IMG/VR virus record: IMGVR_UViG_3300025400_000009
Direction: 5' to 3' (one strand)
Source: an uncultured virus (IMG/VR IMGVR_UViG_3300025400_000009)
Lineage: Duplodnaviria > Heunggongvirae > Uroviricota > Caudoviricetes
Length of the DNA stretch: 64,000 bases
The notes beneath the pieces are model-generated. The model made no database searches. It was not told where the DNA came from and was given only the letters and a program-made list of their open reading frames with translations. Every line of letters begins with the position of its first letter. The stretch's first letter is position 1. Made by a program: the position numbers and the translations under genes. This document shows, piece by piece, positions 16,159 to 25,075 of this stretch.

Positions 16159-16725
16159 ATGACAAAACATACTATCACAAACTATCGAGGGCATCTACTA
16201 GTGGCCAATGCCAATAATCCGCAGGACGAACTAAGTCGTGCAGTTATCCTTATTGTCGACCATCAAGACAGTAAAGCCGTGGGACTACAAATAAACATGC
16301 CCACAGGTAAGACCACACTAAGCGACATAGCCGAAAACATAGGACTAGAATATCAAGGACCCCCCAGCAGTCCCCTGTACTTTGGAGGACCACATCAACA
16401 CAGTCGAGTACACCTAATCCACAGTGCCGATTGGTTTACAGGCACTACTCAACCATTGACATCTGAAGTTTCTATGACCAGTGATATTACCGTACTCAGT
16501 GCTATATCTGCTGGAGAAGGCCCCAAACACTTTAAGGCCTGTGCAGGATTCTTTATTTGGGAAAATCACTCACTGGATCTGTTATTGAGCAATACCAATA
16601 AAAAACTACACCGTTGGGAAATAGTGCCAGCTACTGCTGAACTAGTATTTGACTACGACGAGGACACACTGTGGAAGGCTGCATTGTTGGAAGTGGCCCA
16701 CTACAATGCAGCCATGTGGTTTTAA
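16159..16725 (+). CDS. YqgE/AlgH (DUF179) family protein
   Basis: GHLLVA, RAVILIVDH...AVGLQIN.P, PLYFGGP, LIHS.DW, GP..FKACAG...W and W.IVPA...LVF...LW motifs. Confidence 0.8.
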   Translation: MTKHTITNYRGHLLVANANNPQDELSRAVILIVDHQDSKAVGLQINMPTGKTTLSDIAENIGLEYQGPPSSPLYFGGPHQHSRVHLIHSADWFTGTTQPLTSEVSMTSDITVLSAISAGEGPKHFKACAGFFIWENHSLDLLLSNTNKKLHRWEIVPATAELVFDYDEDTLWKAALLEVAHYNAAMWF

Positions 16726-18206
16726 TCTCGTTCGGGATTTAGATTATCCAGCATACTGCGAATCTTTGGAGCCGCTGACTCAGTACGTGGTCTACCCCCG
16801 GGTAGAATATCAAAAGGATCCGGACGATCAGCTCGCCGTTGCGGCTTTTCCCACGCTGTACTAGTTGTGACCACACTGGTACGTTTTAGTCCATCCATGA
16901 CACTTTGAGTAGTGGGGCTAACACGTTGCTGATTGATATTACCTTGAGCGTCTTGTTCACCTTCTTCACCCAAGTCCGTGATGCGTAGTGTATCGAGATT
17001 AAACTCTAAATCAACCTTTTGTCCCACACCAGAACTTGAACGTGTCTTCATAAACTGGATTTGATAGCGTCCCCGTTCCTTCATAGCACGGCTAGTAAAG
17101 ATACCGATCACGTTATCCGCCGTCATAATCTTACTCAACCCACCACTAATATGACTGTGGTCAAACTCGATTTCTTCAACAGCACTACGATTCAACTGAC
17201 TGGCTGTGACTGTGATACATTGTGTTTCCATGGCCAAGTTTCGAATCTCTTCCGACACATATTTGTCCTTGACAAACAAATCACTGGGACTAACCTTCAC
17301 ACTCAAAGGCATCATTAAATCCAAGTAATCTATTAACAAAACGTCAGGTTTCACACCTGTTTTCACCTGATATTCTTTAAGATATGCACGAATATCGTTA
17401 CAGTTTTTACCACTGGGCATATACTTAACTTGTAGGTGTCCACTACGTTTTTCCAACATTTTGACTTTGAGTTCCACATCATCAATGTTACGGAAAATAT
17501 CTCTAGTACCAATACCAGTGGTCATACTATCCAAACGCATAGACACCAAACCTTCACTCAACTCAAATGTTAGATAGATCACATTCAAGCCCATAAGTGC
17601 CCAGTTCACCCCCATGTTGGCTAGGAACAAACTCTTACCACCACCCGATGCCGCACAAAAGATATTGAGTTCTCCACGGTTAAATCCGCCATAGAGTTTT
17701 TTGTCCACCATGGGCCAGCCTGTGCTAATCTGTCCATTGTTGTCTTTGAGTTTGCTTAGTCGAGCACGGGGATCAGCAAAGTAGTCAGTGCCCATGTCCT
17801 TGTTCAAACTGATTTGAATAGCGTCCTTGATCAGCTTTTCCACTGGACCATAATCGCCATCTTCTAGCAAATCGCTAGATTTAATAATAGCACGTTCTAG
17901 TCCCTTGTGTCGACTAAAGTTTTCAAACTCATCCATTAACCAGTTGTAGTTTTCTTTAGGCAGAGTCACTGATTCAAAATCGCTTTTAGTAGCAGCATTG
18001 ACAATGTTGGCTTCGGGCATGACCTTGTATTCATCTACATACTTGTGAATGAATGTGGCTGCGTCTTGTAGTCGTTGATCAAAGTTTTCTGGGTCAAAAA
18101 TGTTTTGGCATCTAATAAAAGTTTCGGCATCACTGAGAAACATCTCGATATAGAGTTTCTGCATGTTGTAATCATAGTTGGGTTTTGGTTGTTTAGTCTT
18201 GGACAT
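16722..18206 (-). CDS. gp41: Replicative DnaB-like helicase (T4 gp41-like)
   Basis: STGW..VD..LYGG, Walker A ASGGGKS, LLIDYLDLM, TASQLNR and ADNVIGI. Confidence 0.93.
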   Translation of the reverse strand: MSKTKQPKPNYDYNMQKLYIEMFLSDAETFIRCQNIFDPENFDQRLQDAATFIHKYVDEYKVMPEANIVNAATKSDFESVTLPKENYNWLMDEFENFSRHKGLERAIIKSSDLLEDGDYGPVEKLIKDAIQISLNKDMGTDYFADPRARLSKLKDNNGQISTGWPMVDKKLYGGFNRGELNIFCAASGGGKSLFLANMGVNWALMGLNVIYLTFELSEGLVSMRLDSMTTGIGTRDIFRNIDDVELKVKMLEKRSGHLQVKYMPSGKNCNDIRAYLKEYQVKTGVKPDVLLIDYLDLMMPLSVKVSPSDLFVKDKYVSEEIRNLAMETQCITVTASQLNRSAVEEIEFDHSHISGGLSKIMTADNVIGIFTSRAMKERGRYQIQFMKTRSSSGVGQKVDLEFNLDTLRITDLGEEGEQDAQGNINQQRVSPTTQSVMDGLKRTSVVTTSTAWEKPQRRADRPDPFDILPGGRPRTESAAPKIRSMLDNLNPERD

Positions 18207-19173
18207 TCAATAGTTTCTTTTCTAGTAGATGTAAATTTATCTCGCCCTGTACTTTATAGTGCAGGATTGTGGTTAGGGTGTATAATCTGCCATAGCGTTT
18301 GACAGCATCAGCAACGTCTTTGATGTCATCTTCCCAAGGAGGCAAACTGGCACTCCATTTATTTTCAATAGCAGCTCTAACTAACTTAGCACCCGGTTGA
18401 TCACGATCTGGTACTACAATAACTTCTCTAGCTAGATTATTGATTCTAGTACATTGGGTTTCGTTAGGTTCGTTGTGCATGATAGCTACACCTTCTATGG
18501 CAATAGCATCAAACTGTCCTTCTGTAACAATAACAAATGCTTTATCACTGGTTTGAGCATCGATATTAAACACGTAACCGGGTTGTGCATCAGTAAGGTA
18601 TTTTGGTTTACCATCTCGAATCTTGCGTCCGGTATAGCCTACAATCTTACCATTGTGATAGAATGGGATAATGACCCTGTCCCTATATCCAGGGGCCGCA
18701 CTCCAATGCCAGTTATACCACTCCCAAGAAACTTGCCGAGTGTCTACTAGGTATTGTACAACTTCTAGCAGTTCAGGTTCTTGACATCCTTCCTGTATCC
18801 ATGTGTCAATAGACAAGCAGTCATCAGGCAATGCTCGTTCTTCTAGAGTAAAGTTTAAGGCTTTTTTAAGTACAGGTTGATCGTCTTTGACTTTTAATGC
18901 TGCAAGATTAAGCCGTCCTATTTCTTGTTCACTAAGATTGAGCCATTTGAAAAGCTGTCGTGTATTTTTGCTGAGTAGTTTGCCCGGGCTCCAGCCACAT
19001 TTGAAGTTACAGTTAAAACAATGATATTGAAATCCACCATCAGTATTGGTTAGTACCCCGCCGCGTTTACGAGTATCTTGGCAGCAAACCGCGTCAAAAC
19101 TGATCCACCCGCTGGGAGTAGCTTTTCGTTTAGGAGGCAGTAATGCTAAGACTGTATCTTGAATTTCGTTCAC
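18193..19173 (-). CDS. gp61: DNA primase (T4 gp61-like, Zn-binding plus TOPRIM)
   Basis: YHCFNC, RVIIPFY...IVGYTGR, PKYL, VTEGQFDA and VPDRD motifs. Confidence 0.9.
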   Translation of the reverse strand: MNEIQDTVLALLPPKRKATPSGWISFDAVCCQDTRKRGGVLTNTDGGFQYHCFNCNFKCGWSPGKLLSKNTRQLFKWLNLSEQEIGRLNLAALKVKDDQPVLKKALNFTLEERALPDDCLSIDTWIQEGCQEPELLEVVQYLVDTRQVSWEWYNWHWSAAPGYRDRVIIPFYHNGKIVGYTGRKIRDGKPKYLTDAQPGYVFNIDAQTSDKAFVIVTEGQFDAIAIEGVAIMHNEPNETQCTRINNLAREVIVVPDRDQPGAKLVRAAIENKWSASLPPWEDDIKDVADAVKRYGRLYTLTTILHYKVQGEINLHLLEKKLLNVQD

Positions 19174-19179
19174 ACTACA

Positions 19180-19208
19180 AGTTTAACTTCTGTAGAGGAC
19201 TTTGTCAA
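19180..19208 (-). promoter_or_regulatory. sigma70-type promoter for primase-helicase
   Basis: Minus strand TTGACA-17-TAAACT, 6 nt from the GTG start, embedded in the upstream gene's 3' end. Confidence 0.6.
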
Positions 19209-20229
19209 GGCTTCCGTAGTAACTAGGATTGTCGTTTGTGCTATCACCAGGTTTGGTAGCAGGTGTGTATATGATTCGAACGTAGCTGTAGATACCGTTA
19301 GAGTTTATATAGTCAATACCAGTGAATCCGTCATAGGTTCGAGTTTCTAGAGTATCATAAACTACACTACTATCTGGTTGATTACTTAATGTACCTTGAA
19401 AAGTTACAGTACCTTTATAGTTAGTCATGTATATAGCCACAGTGTGTAAAGCACCACCAGTTTCATTAAATTCTGGATGAGCATATAGATTACCACTGAA
19501 CCATTCGTACAGAGAAGATACTGTATTGAATCTGGATAAGAAGGTATCTACTTCTAAACTGGGTTGTAATTTAGGATAAATGTCGTCCTTTAGTGTTAGT
19601 GTTCCAGTAATACCATAGTAGGTATTTGAATATACGGGTGCATACCCTCCCAAATCTGGATCAACATATTTGATGCTGTATTGATATTCACCCACATCCA
19701 AATTGAGTGTATTGCTTTCGGTCAAGACAAGTTCGCCGGTACCACGTAGACCTACTGTTCCGAGAGTTAGTGTAGTAGATGATGTTACTGGATATGTAGT
19801 GACTTGATTTAATGTTACCGTACCAGAAGAATAGCCAATAACTACAGAGTTAGGAGCTATGCCAAAACCTGTAATAGTTTGTCCAATGGTAACATTGGTG
19901 GCAGTATTAAATGATAGGGTATTGCCAACAGTAGTTTGATCTTGAATAGTAGAAGCAGTAAAGGAGTCGTCTAAAACAGTAATAAGTTTCTCAAAAAGTT
20001 GTCGTTGGTCAGTAGCATTGAACATTGTGAACACGTATGTACCTGTATTAGATATCGGTAACAGTTTTTGATCACTGTTCTTAAACTGTATTCTTATCTT
20101 GTTCTTAACGCCCTTTTGAATGACTAGGTCGCGTTGATACATAACGTTGTTAACTCCTCGGGTAGTAGGATCCAAATCTAGTATGACACTGAGGGTATTT
20201 GGATATAAATAGATTGGCAAACTTAGCAT
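19183..20229 (-). CDS. Hypothetical protein, likely virion structural
   Basis: 348-aa beta-rich Thr/Gly protein; TAAATA 4 nt upstream. Confidence 0.7.
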   Translation of the reverse strand: MLSLPIYLYPNTLSVILDLDPTTRGVNNVMYQRDLVIQKGVKNKIRIQFKNSDQKLLPISNTGTYVFTMFNATDQRQLFEKLITVLDDSFTASTIQDQTTVGNTLSFNTATNVTIGQTITGFGIAPNSVVIGYSSGTVTLNQVTTYPVTSSTTLTLGTVGLRGTGELVLTESNTLNLDVGEYQYSIKYVDPDLGGYAPVYSNTYYGITGTLTLKDDIYPKLQPSLEVDTFLSRFNTVSSLYEWFSGNLYAHPEFNETGGALHTVAIYMTNYKGTVTFQGTLSNQPDSSVVYDTLETRTYDGFTGIDYINSNGIYSYVRIIYTPATKPGDSTNDNPSYYGSLDKVLYRS

Positions 20230-20249
20230 ATGGTATTTATTAAACTATA

Positions 20250-20630
20250 ATGACATCAACGACTCCCTTTCAAGAAAATCATCCCTTTGTATCCTGCATA
20301 AAATCAAATAACATCGAATATGTGGGGATAGTAATCAATTTCGATGATTTTGTTACCAGTATCTATGACATTAGTGTTATAAAATCCGACGAAGACAAAA
20401 TAAAGTTTTTAGAACTAGGTGAAATATGGTGGTGGGAAAGTAACAGGAAAATTCCTATTAACATTTTCCTAAAAAGAGAGATGCAGACCTACAGATATGC
20501 TATCAAAACATTTAATAGCAAAGATGTTGAACTATTATTTGGACCCAGTGTCAATTTAAGCGAGATAGCAGAAAAACGTATCAAACGCAAATCGATTCAA
20601 CTGGTTCGTGTGCCTAAGAGTAGTCGTTAA
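20250..20630 (+). CDS. Conserved hypothetical phage protein
   Basis: FLELGEIWWWESNRKIPINIFL; basic C-terminus. Confidence 0.75.
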   Translation: MTSTTPFQENHPFVSCIKSNNIEYVGIVINFDDFVTSIYDISVIKSDEDKIKFLELGEIWWWESNRKIPINIFLKREMQTYRYAIKTFNSKDVELLFGPSVNLSEIAEKRIKRKSIQLVRVPKSSR

Positions 20631-20654
20631 TATTTTTCATAAGTTCTTCTACAG

Positions 20655-21260
20655 TTATAGAACTTTTTGATCCTTTACTAGAATTTTTTCACATATTAAA
20701 TTTAACTGCACTATAACTACTGCGGCATAACTAATAGCATGTGCATGTTTGAATACGTAACTTCCGTCAATCGGTTTAACCCATATTTCATCTTTGATCG
20801 CCTCGAATCCTTCTTTCTCGCATACTGGGATCAAATGTTTTTTACCGGGTCTGAGCAGGGCCAAGAACATAGCAAGCTCAACAACTGATTTAGGTTTCAA
20901 TCGAGCTACTAGTTCGTGATAGCCATTGATGTGAAACAGTTGATCACACATATCTTTTTCACCTAGTAGATCCCACAGCGGTTCTGTGTTCAATAAGCGA
21001 ATCAAATGTTCTTCATTTTTAACACCTGCATAGGCACTGACATTTAAGAAATCAATCTTAAAGTAGCCGCGAGCTTCAGCAGTTTTGTAGTTAATGCTAG
21101 CACATCCTGTTAGAGGGTTAACAGGAATAGGTTGGCAATAGACGCCGGTATTGTGCTTCTTTCCATCTCCAAGCGCAGCAGGGACATGTTTGATTACATC
21201 AAGGATCTGCTGTCTGTTCAGGAGGTCGACATCAATATCCGGCAGTTCTAATTTCGTCAT
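20655..21260 (-). CDS. Miniature DNA polymerase III alpha (DnaE)-like protein
   Basis: PDIDVD, KHNTGVY, GYFKIDFLN, LALLRPG and YVFKHAHAISYA correspond in order to DnaE motifs; only about 200 aa. Confidence 0.8.
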   Translation of the reverse strand: MTKLELPDIDVDLLNRQQILDVIKHVPAALGDGKKHNTGVYCQPIPVNPLTGCASINYKTAEARGYFKIDFLNVSAYAGVKNEEHLIRLLNTEPLWDLLGEKDMCDQLFHINGYHELVARLKPKSVVELAMFLALLRPGKKHLIPVCEKEGFEAIKDEIWVKPIDGSYVFKHAHAISYAAVVIVQLNLICEKILVKDQKVL

Positions 21261-21990
21261 ATGAAGGTGCGTAGTTTCCACGGTGTTGTACAGTTATGCC
21301 TGCAGCCACATTAGCAAATATAATAGCTTTTTCTATGTCTTTTGTCGAGAGATATTGAGCAACTAGTGCAGCAAGGAATGTATCGCCACAACCGCATACG
21401 TCTGTAACTTCAATAGGATTAATACCAAACAGTGTTTCAGTTTGTGGAAGTTTAAGCATAGCACCTTTATTTCCTAGTGTAACAATTAAGTTACTAGGGA
21501 GGCTACGAGCACTTTTATATTCTAGTTCATTAATTTTAAAATAAACATGATCGGCACTAATATCTGCTAACTGAGTTTTCTTGGTATCAATAAAAACAGG
21601 ACATTTTGCTTCTTTGATAATCTGCTCAATAGCTTCGTATGTTAAAAACCCTTTATTATAATCTGAAATTACAATGGCATCAAAACTTTCAATAGGTTCC
21701 GATAACTTACCACTCCACGGAGTGATTTTAGATTCTACATCTACACGGATCATATGTTGTCCCGATCTTTGATCAATATACCGAGTTTTAATAATGTCTT
21801 CGGTATTATGAACAAAGTAAGTATCAATGTTTAAGTTTTTTAAATTGAGATTAACATTACTGGCCATGCCAGGCACAGTTTGTGTTTCAATAAGTTTAAT
21901 AATAGGAACTGGTGCTTCAGGACTTAACCTATCGATTGTTCCTATCTTGTATTCATCAATACAACTATCACCGATTAATAGTACTGTCAT
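21232..21990 (-). CDS. hldE: D-glycero-D-manno-heptose-7-phosphate kinase (HldE/RfaE kinase domain, PfkB family)
   Basis: GDSCIDEY..G.IDRLSPEAPVP, ISDYNKG, FIDTK and DVCGCGDTF; kinase domain only. Confidence 0.85.
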   Translation of the reverse strand: MTVLLIGDSCIDEYKIGTIDRLSPEAPVPIIKLIETQTVPGMASNVNLNLKNLNIDTYFVHNTEDIIKTRYIDQRSGQHMIRVDVESKITPWSGKLSEPIESFDAIVISDYNKGFLTYEAIEQIIKEAKCPVFIDTKKTQLADISADHVYFKINELEYKSARSLPSNLIVTLGNKGAMLKLPQTETLFGINPIEVTDVCGCGDTFLAALVAQYLSTKDIEKAIIFANVAAGITVQHRGNYAPSYDEIRTAGY

Positions 21991-22763
21991 GGGTTATAAT
22001 ACTTTTTAATTTTTGTTAGGTCAGCACAAGTATATGTTTGATACTGATTTTTAATATTATCAGGAATAGGAATATATTCTATTCTAGCATTGTATTCTTT
22101 GGCAATTTCTTCAGCAACTTCCTGAAATGATTTTGCTACTCCAGTGCCCACATTCCAAATACCAGATTCTTTGACATTAAAGAATAACTTATGTACATCT
22201 GTTACTGTATTAACAGGAACAAAATCTCTTTTAAAATTTTCAGACCCTTCGAATAACTGAATTACTCCAGATCTTTTTGCTTGTTCTGTAAACTTGTGAT
22301 AAGGACTGGCTTGTTCGCCTTTGTGATCTTCATGGGGGCCGTAGACATTGAAATATCTAAAACCTTGAATAACGATCTTCCACTTATACTTTAAGCCAAT
22401 CACATATCTGTCAAACATGACTTTACTCCATGCGTAAGGATTTAAGGGATTAACTGGAGCATCTTCGGCAAAATTATTTCTTAATCCATAGACGCTGGAA
22501 GAACTTGCATATTGCAGATTAACACCATAGTTTTGGCATTCGGCAGCAATCCATCGACTAAAGTCATAGTTTTGTCCCATCATGTGTTCAACATTCTGAT
22601 CGGTAGTAACACTATGAGCACCGAGATGTATTACCCAGTCATGATCGCGTATCGAAGGGATAGTTTCTCCCCAATCAAATGTTGTTACTTCATGTTCGTC
22701 TTTAAGAGCTTTGACCATATTTTGACCAATAAAGCCCCTAGCCCCGGTTATTAAAATTCTCAT
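21987..22763 (-). CDS. hldD: ADP-L-glycero-D-manno-heptose 6-epimerase-like SDR
   Basis: TGARGFIG, HLGA.S.T, YASSSSVYG, PLNPYAWSK, RYFNVYGP.E.HKG, RDFV and YQ.YT.AD. Confidence 0.88.
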   Translation of the reverse strand: MRILITGARGFIGQNMVKALKDEHEVTTFDWGETIPSIRDHDWVIHLGAHSVTTDQNVEHMMGQNYDFSRWIAAECQNYGVNLQYASSSSVYGLRNNFAEDAPVNPLNPYAWSKVMFDRYVIGLKYKWKIVIQGFRYFNVYGPHEDHKGEQASPYHKFTEQAKRSGVIQLFEGSENFKRDFVPVNTVTDVHKLFFNVKESGIWNVGTGVAKSFQEVAEEIAKEYNARIEYIPIPDNIKNQYQTYTCADLTKIKKYYNP

Positions 22764-23119
22764 CGTTGACTATCGCCTTTCATTACACGATAGTTATCTT
22801 CAACGCTGTCCGGTGTACTAACTTCAATAATAGTGCCAGCTTCTAGGCAAATAACTTGGTGGGGTAACAACGGTTCATTACGCCAAACATCGCCTACGTT
22901 TAATTCATTTTCGTATTGACTAGCATTCTTTGTATCGATGCAGATAACTTTAAACTTACCGCTTAGAACATACCAAGTCTCATCTTTCTTAGCATGAAAG
23001 TGCATACTAAATCTAGCACCTTGATTAAACTCTAATAGTTTACCGCAATACTTGTCGTTGGTGGCCCAAATATTTTCTCGTCCCCAACCTTTAGTTACAA
23101 ATCCTGATAGCTGTGTCAT
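22760..23119 (-). CDS. Cupin-domain protein (sugar isomerase-like)
   Basis: KGWGRE, FSMHFH.KKDETWYV, PH and IEVSTPD...DNYR...GDSQ. Confidence 0.82.
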   Translation of the reverse strand: MTQLSGFVTKGWGRENIWATNDKYCGKLLEFNQGARFSMHFHAKKDETWYVLSGKFKVICIDTKNASQYENELNVGDVWRNEPLLPHQVICLEAGTIIEVSTPDSVEDNYRVMKGDSQR

Positions 23120-23808
23120 TCTATTCCTACCTCATTACATATTTCTTTTACCAGTGCTGTATCTGCTGGTAGTTCTTTAAATCTTTTTAACCAATATGGG
23201 ACATCAAATGCTGGAGCAATAATGTTTAGTTGCTCATCGGTCATTTTACGAATCATTTCTTTACCATCTGTAGAGTTCAGTATTACCCAACAACTAATCT
23301 TACCGTTTACAATATCATGTACTGCTCTATTCAAACTAACGTAACGAAAATAATGTGCAAACTCTGCATTATGCTCATCTCCCCATTCCATCATAGTTTG
23401 TATGGTTCTTTGTACTGCGGACTCTACTGGTTCAGTTTTTAATACATCATAAAGATAAGAATAATATAGATTATCACTGCACCACTTGTCAAGTTTAGTT
23501 CCACTACGGATTACGTAGTCCACAAACTTATCAGGGTATAGAGCATTAGTATTATTGAGGAAGCTGCCAAACTTAACAAAAGCGTTGTAATAACTGGTGT
23601 CGCAGAAATCTTCATAGGTCTTGGTCTTTCCACCTTGTGCTAGGGTCCAAAAACGGTTAAAGGCCATATATCCGGCCTGTACTCGTTTTTCATTTTTTTG
23701 CAATACTCGACGTTTGCGTTCGCACATATGTGCTACAAGTGTTTTTTCTTGTACAAACTTTTTATTACAGTGAACACATTTAAATGGTTGTGGCACCAAA
23801 GCAATCAT
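23116..23808 (-). CDS. Conserved phage protein with an N-terminal C2H-type zinc finger
   Basis: FKCVHCNKKF......AHMCE. Confidence 0.75.
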   Translation of the reverse strand: MIALVPQPFKCVHCNKKFVQEKTLVAHMCERKRRVLQKNEKRVQAGYMAFNRFWTLAQGGKTKTYEDFCDTSYYNAFVKFGSFLNNTNALYPDKFVDYVIRSGTKLDKWCSDNLYYSYLYDVLKTEPVESAVQRTIQTMMEWGDEHNAEFAHYFRYVSLNRAVHDIVNGKISCWVILNSTDGKEMIRKMTDEQLNIIAPAFDVPYWLKRFKELPADTALVKEICNEVGIE

Positions 23809-24269
23809 TCGTATTCTTTCCGTTGTTTCTTATCAAAACCCATTTTATCAAACAGCTCTTCTTTGTCTGCTTTGGTCATCATACTGGCCCATAGTTTGAT
23901 ATCACTCATCTTCATAGCAGGTTTTAGTTCTGCTAAAAGTTTTTCAATCTTATTGGCTTTTTCTTTTTTACCTGCGGCAAGATATGGATGATAACAGTTT
24001 ATACCAGCACCCGTGGCGGCAAACAACTTCCACAATAATGCCTTATGACCTTTACTTAAATCATTGAAGTTTTTATTGACACATTCGTTGGTCATTTCAA
24101 CAAACCACTCTTGAATATCTCTATCACCTTGTACGTTACTGGTATAACGCATTAGAATAAAGGGACTAAACGCTTTCTTTTCTTCGTCAGTTAGGTTATC
24201 GTAAAAGTCGTAGTTCTTTTGATCTACTGCATTTAGTTCACGTTTGATATCAAGTTTTGCTGTTGCCAT
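23805..24269 (-). CDS. Possible clamp-loader small subunit (gp62-like)
   Basis: EKKAFSPFILMRY.S...VEMTNE pattern and size; replication context. Confidence 0.55.
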   Translation of the reverse strand: MATAKLDIKRELNAVDQKNYDFYDNLTDEEKKAFSPFILMRYTSNVQGDRDIQEWFVEMTNECVNKNFNDLSKGHKALLWKLFAATGAGINCYHPYLAAGKKEKANKIEKLLAELKPAMKMSDIKLWASMMTKADKEELFDKMGFDKKQRKEYE

Positions 24270-24270
24270 T

Positions 24271-24567
24271 TTATTCGTCTCGTAAGTCAATTTTACCGCC
24301 GTAACGGTCTTCGTATTCTTTGCTGAGTTTGTATAATATTATACACTGTTCCATGGCTTTTTGTATAGCAGGATTTGTCCCAGCGGCCCGACGAATTTCA
24401 CCCCAAAGTTTATCTTCACGGATCTGATCTATTGTATTTTTTGCTTTAATACTTTGTCCCACAAGTTTACGTTCGCGTGGATCTTGACCAACCTCTCGAG
24501 CGTAGACAGTTTCTCCACCGTCTGGACTTTCATATACATAACGAGCATTAGGAGTTAACGATCCCAT
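24271..24567 (-). CDS. Conserved hypothetical phage protein
   Basis: YVYESPDGGETVYAR motif. Confidence 0.75.
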   Translation of the reverse strand: MGSLTPNARYVYESPDGGETVYAREVGQDPRERKLVGQSIKAKNTIDQIREDKLWGEIRRAAGTNPAIQKAMEQCIILYKLSKEYEDRYGGKIDLRDE

Positions 24568-24570
24568 ATA

Positions 24571-25074
24571 TCACCAGCATTTGGTGTAATCGACTAGTTC
24601 ACTTTGACGACTGACTTCTTTAACAAAGTAAGCGCATCGTGGTTTGGGGCCCGGCTCTAATGGTGTGCAGAGTAGCTGTCCGGGACGCATCTTGGGAAAA
24701 TACCATTTAACATCTTGATAAACATCGATGATATCGATTTCTAAAAACTCTGGACGGAAACTACTACGTGGATTAAAACAGAATGTTTTAAATCCTCTAT
24801 CGTTTAAACTAGTCAGTGGTAGCACTTCCATTTCCGGACCTTCTGGATCTCCCACAATAGTACACCAATCTAATGGCATAGTAAGTTCGTGTTCGCCGAT
24901 TTTAAGTACTACAGCAGGACCAGTAAAACTTTCTAAAAAGATTAAAGGGATAAACAAGTGATCAGGATTACTGCTATCACTGTTATCTAATACTGCGAAT
25001 CGTAAATCTTCGTCGATTTCGTCTGGTAGGTTATTGAGATAAAATACCTCATTGTCAAGAGTTAGGATTTGCAT
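24571..25074 (-). CDS. Conserved hypothetical phage protein
   Basis: 167 aa, tightly packed downstream of uvsW. Confidence 0.8.
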   Translation of the reverse strand: MQILTLDNEVFYLNNLPDEIDEDLRFAVLDNSDSSNPDHLFIPLIFLESFTGPAVVLKIGEHELTMPLDWCTIVGDPEGPEMEVLPLTSLNDRGFKTFCFNPRSSFRPEFLEIDIIDVYQDVKWYFPKMRPGQLLCTPLEPGPKPRCAYFVKEVSRQSELVDYTKCW

Positions 25075-25075
25075 T

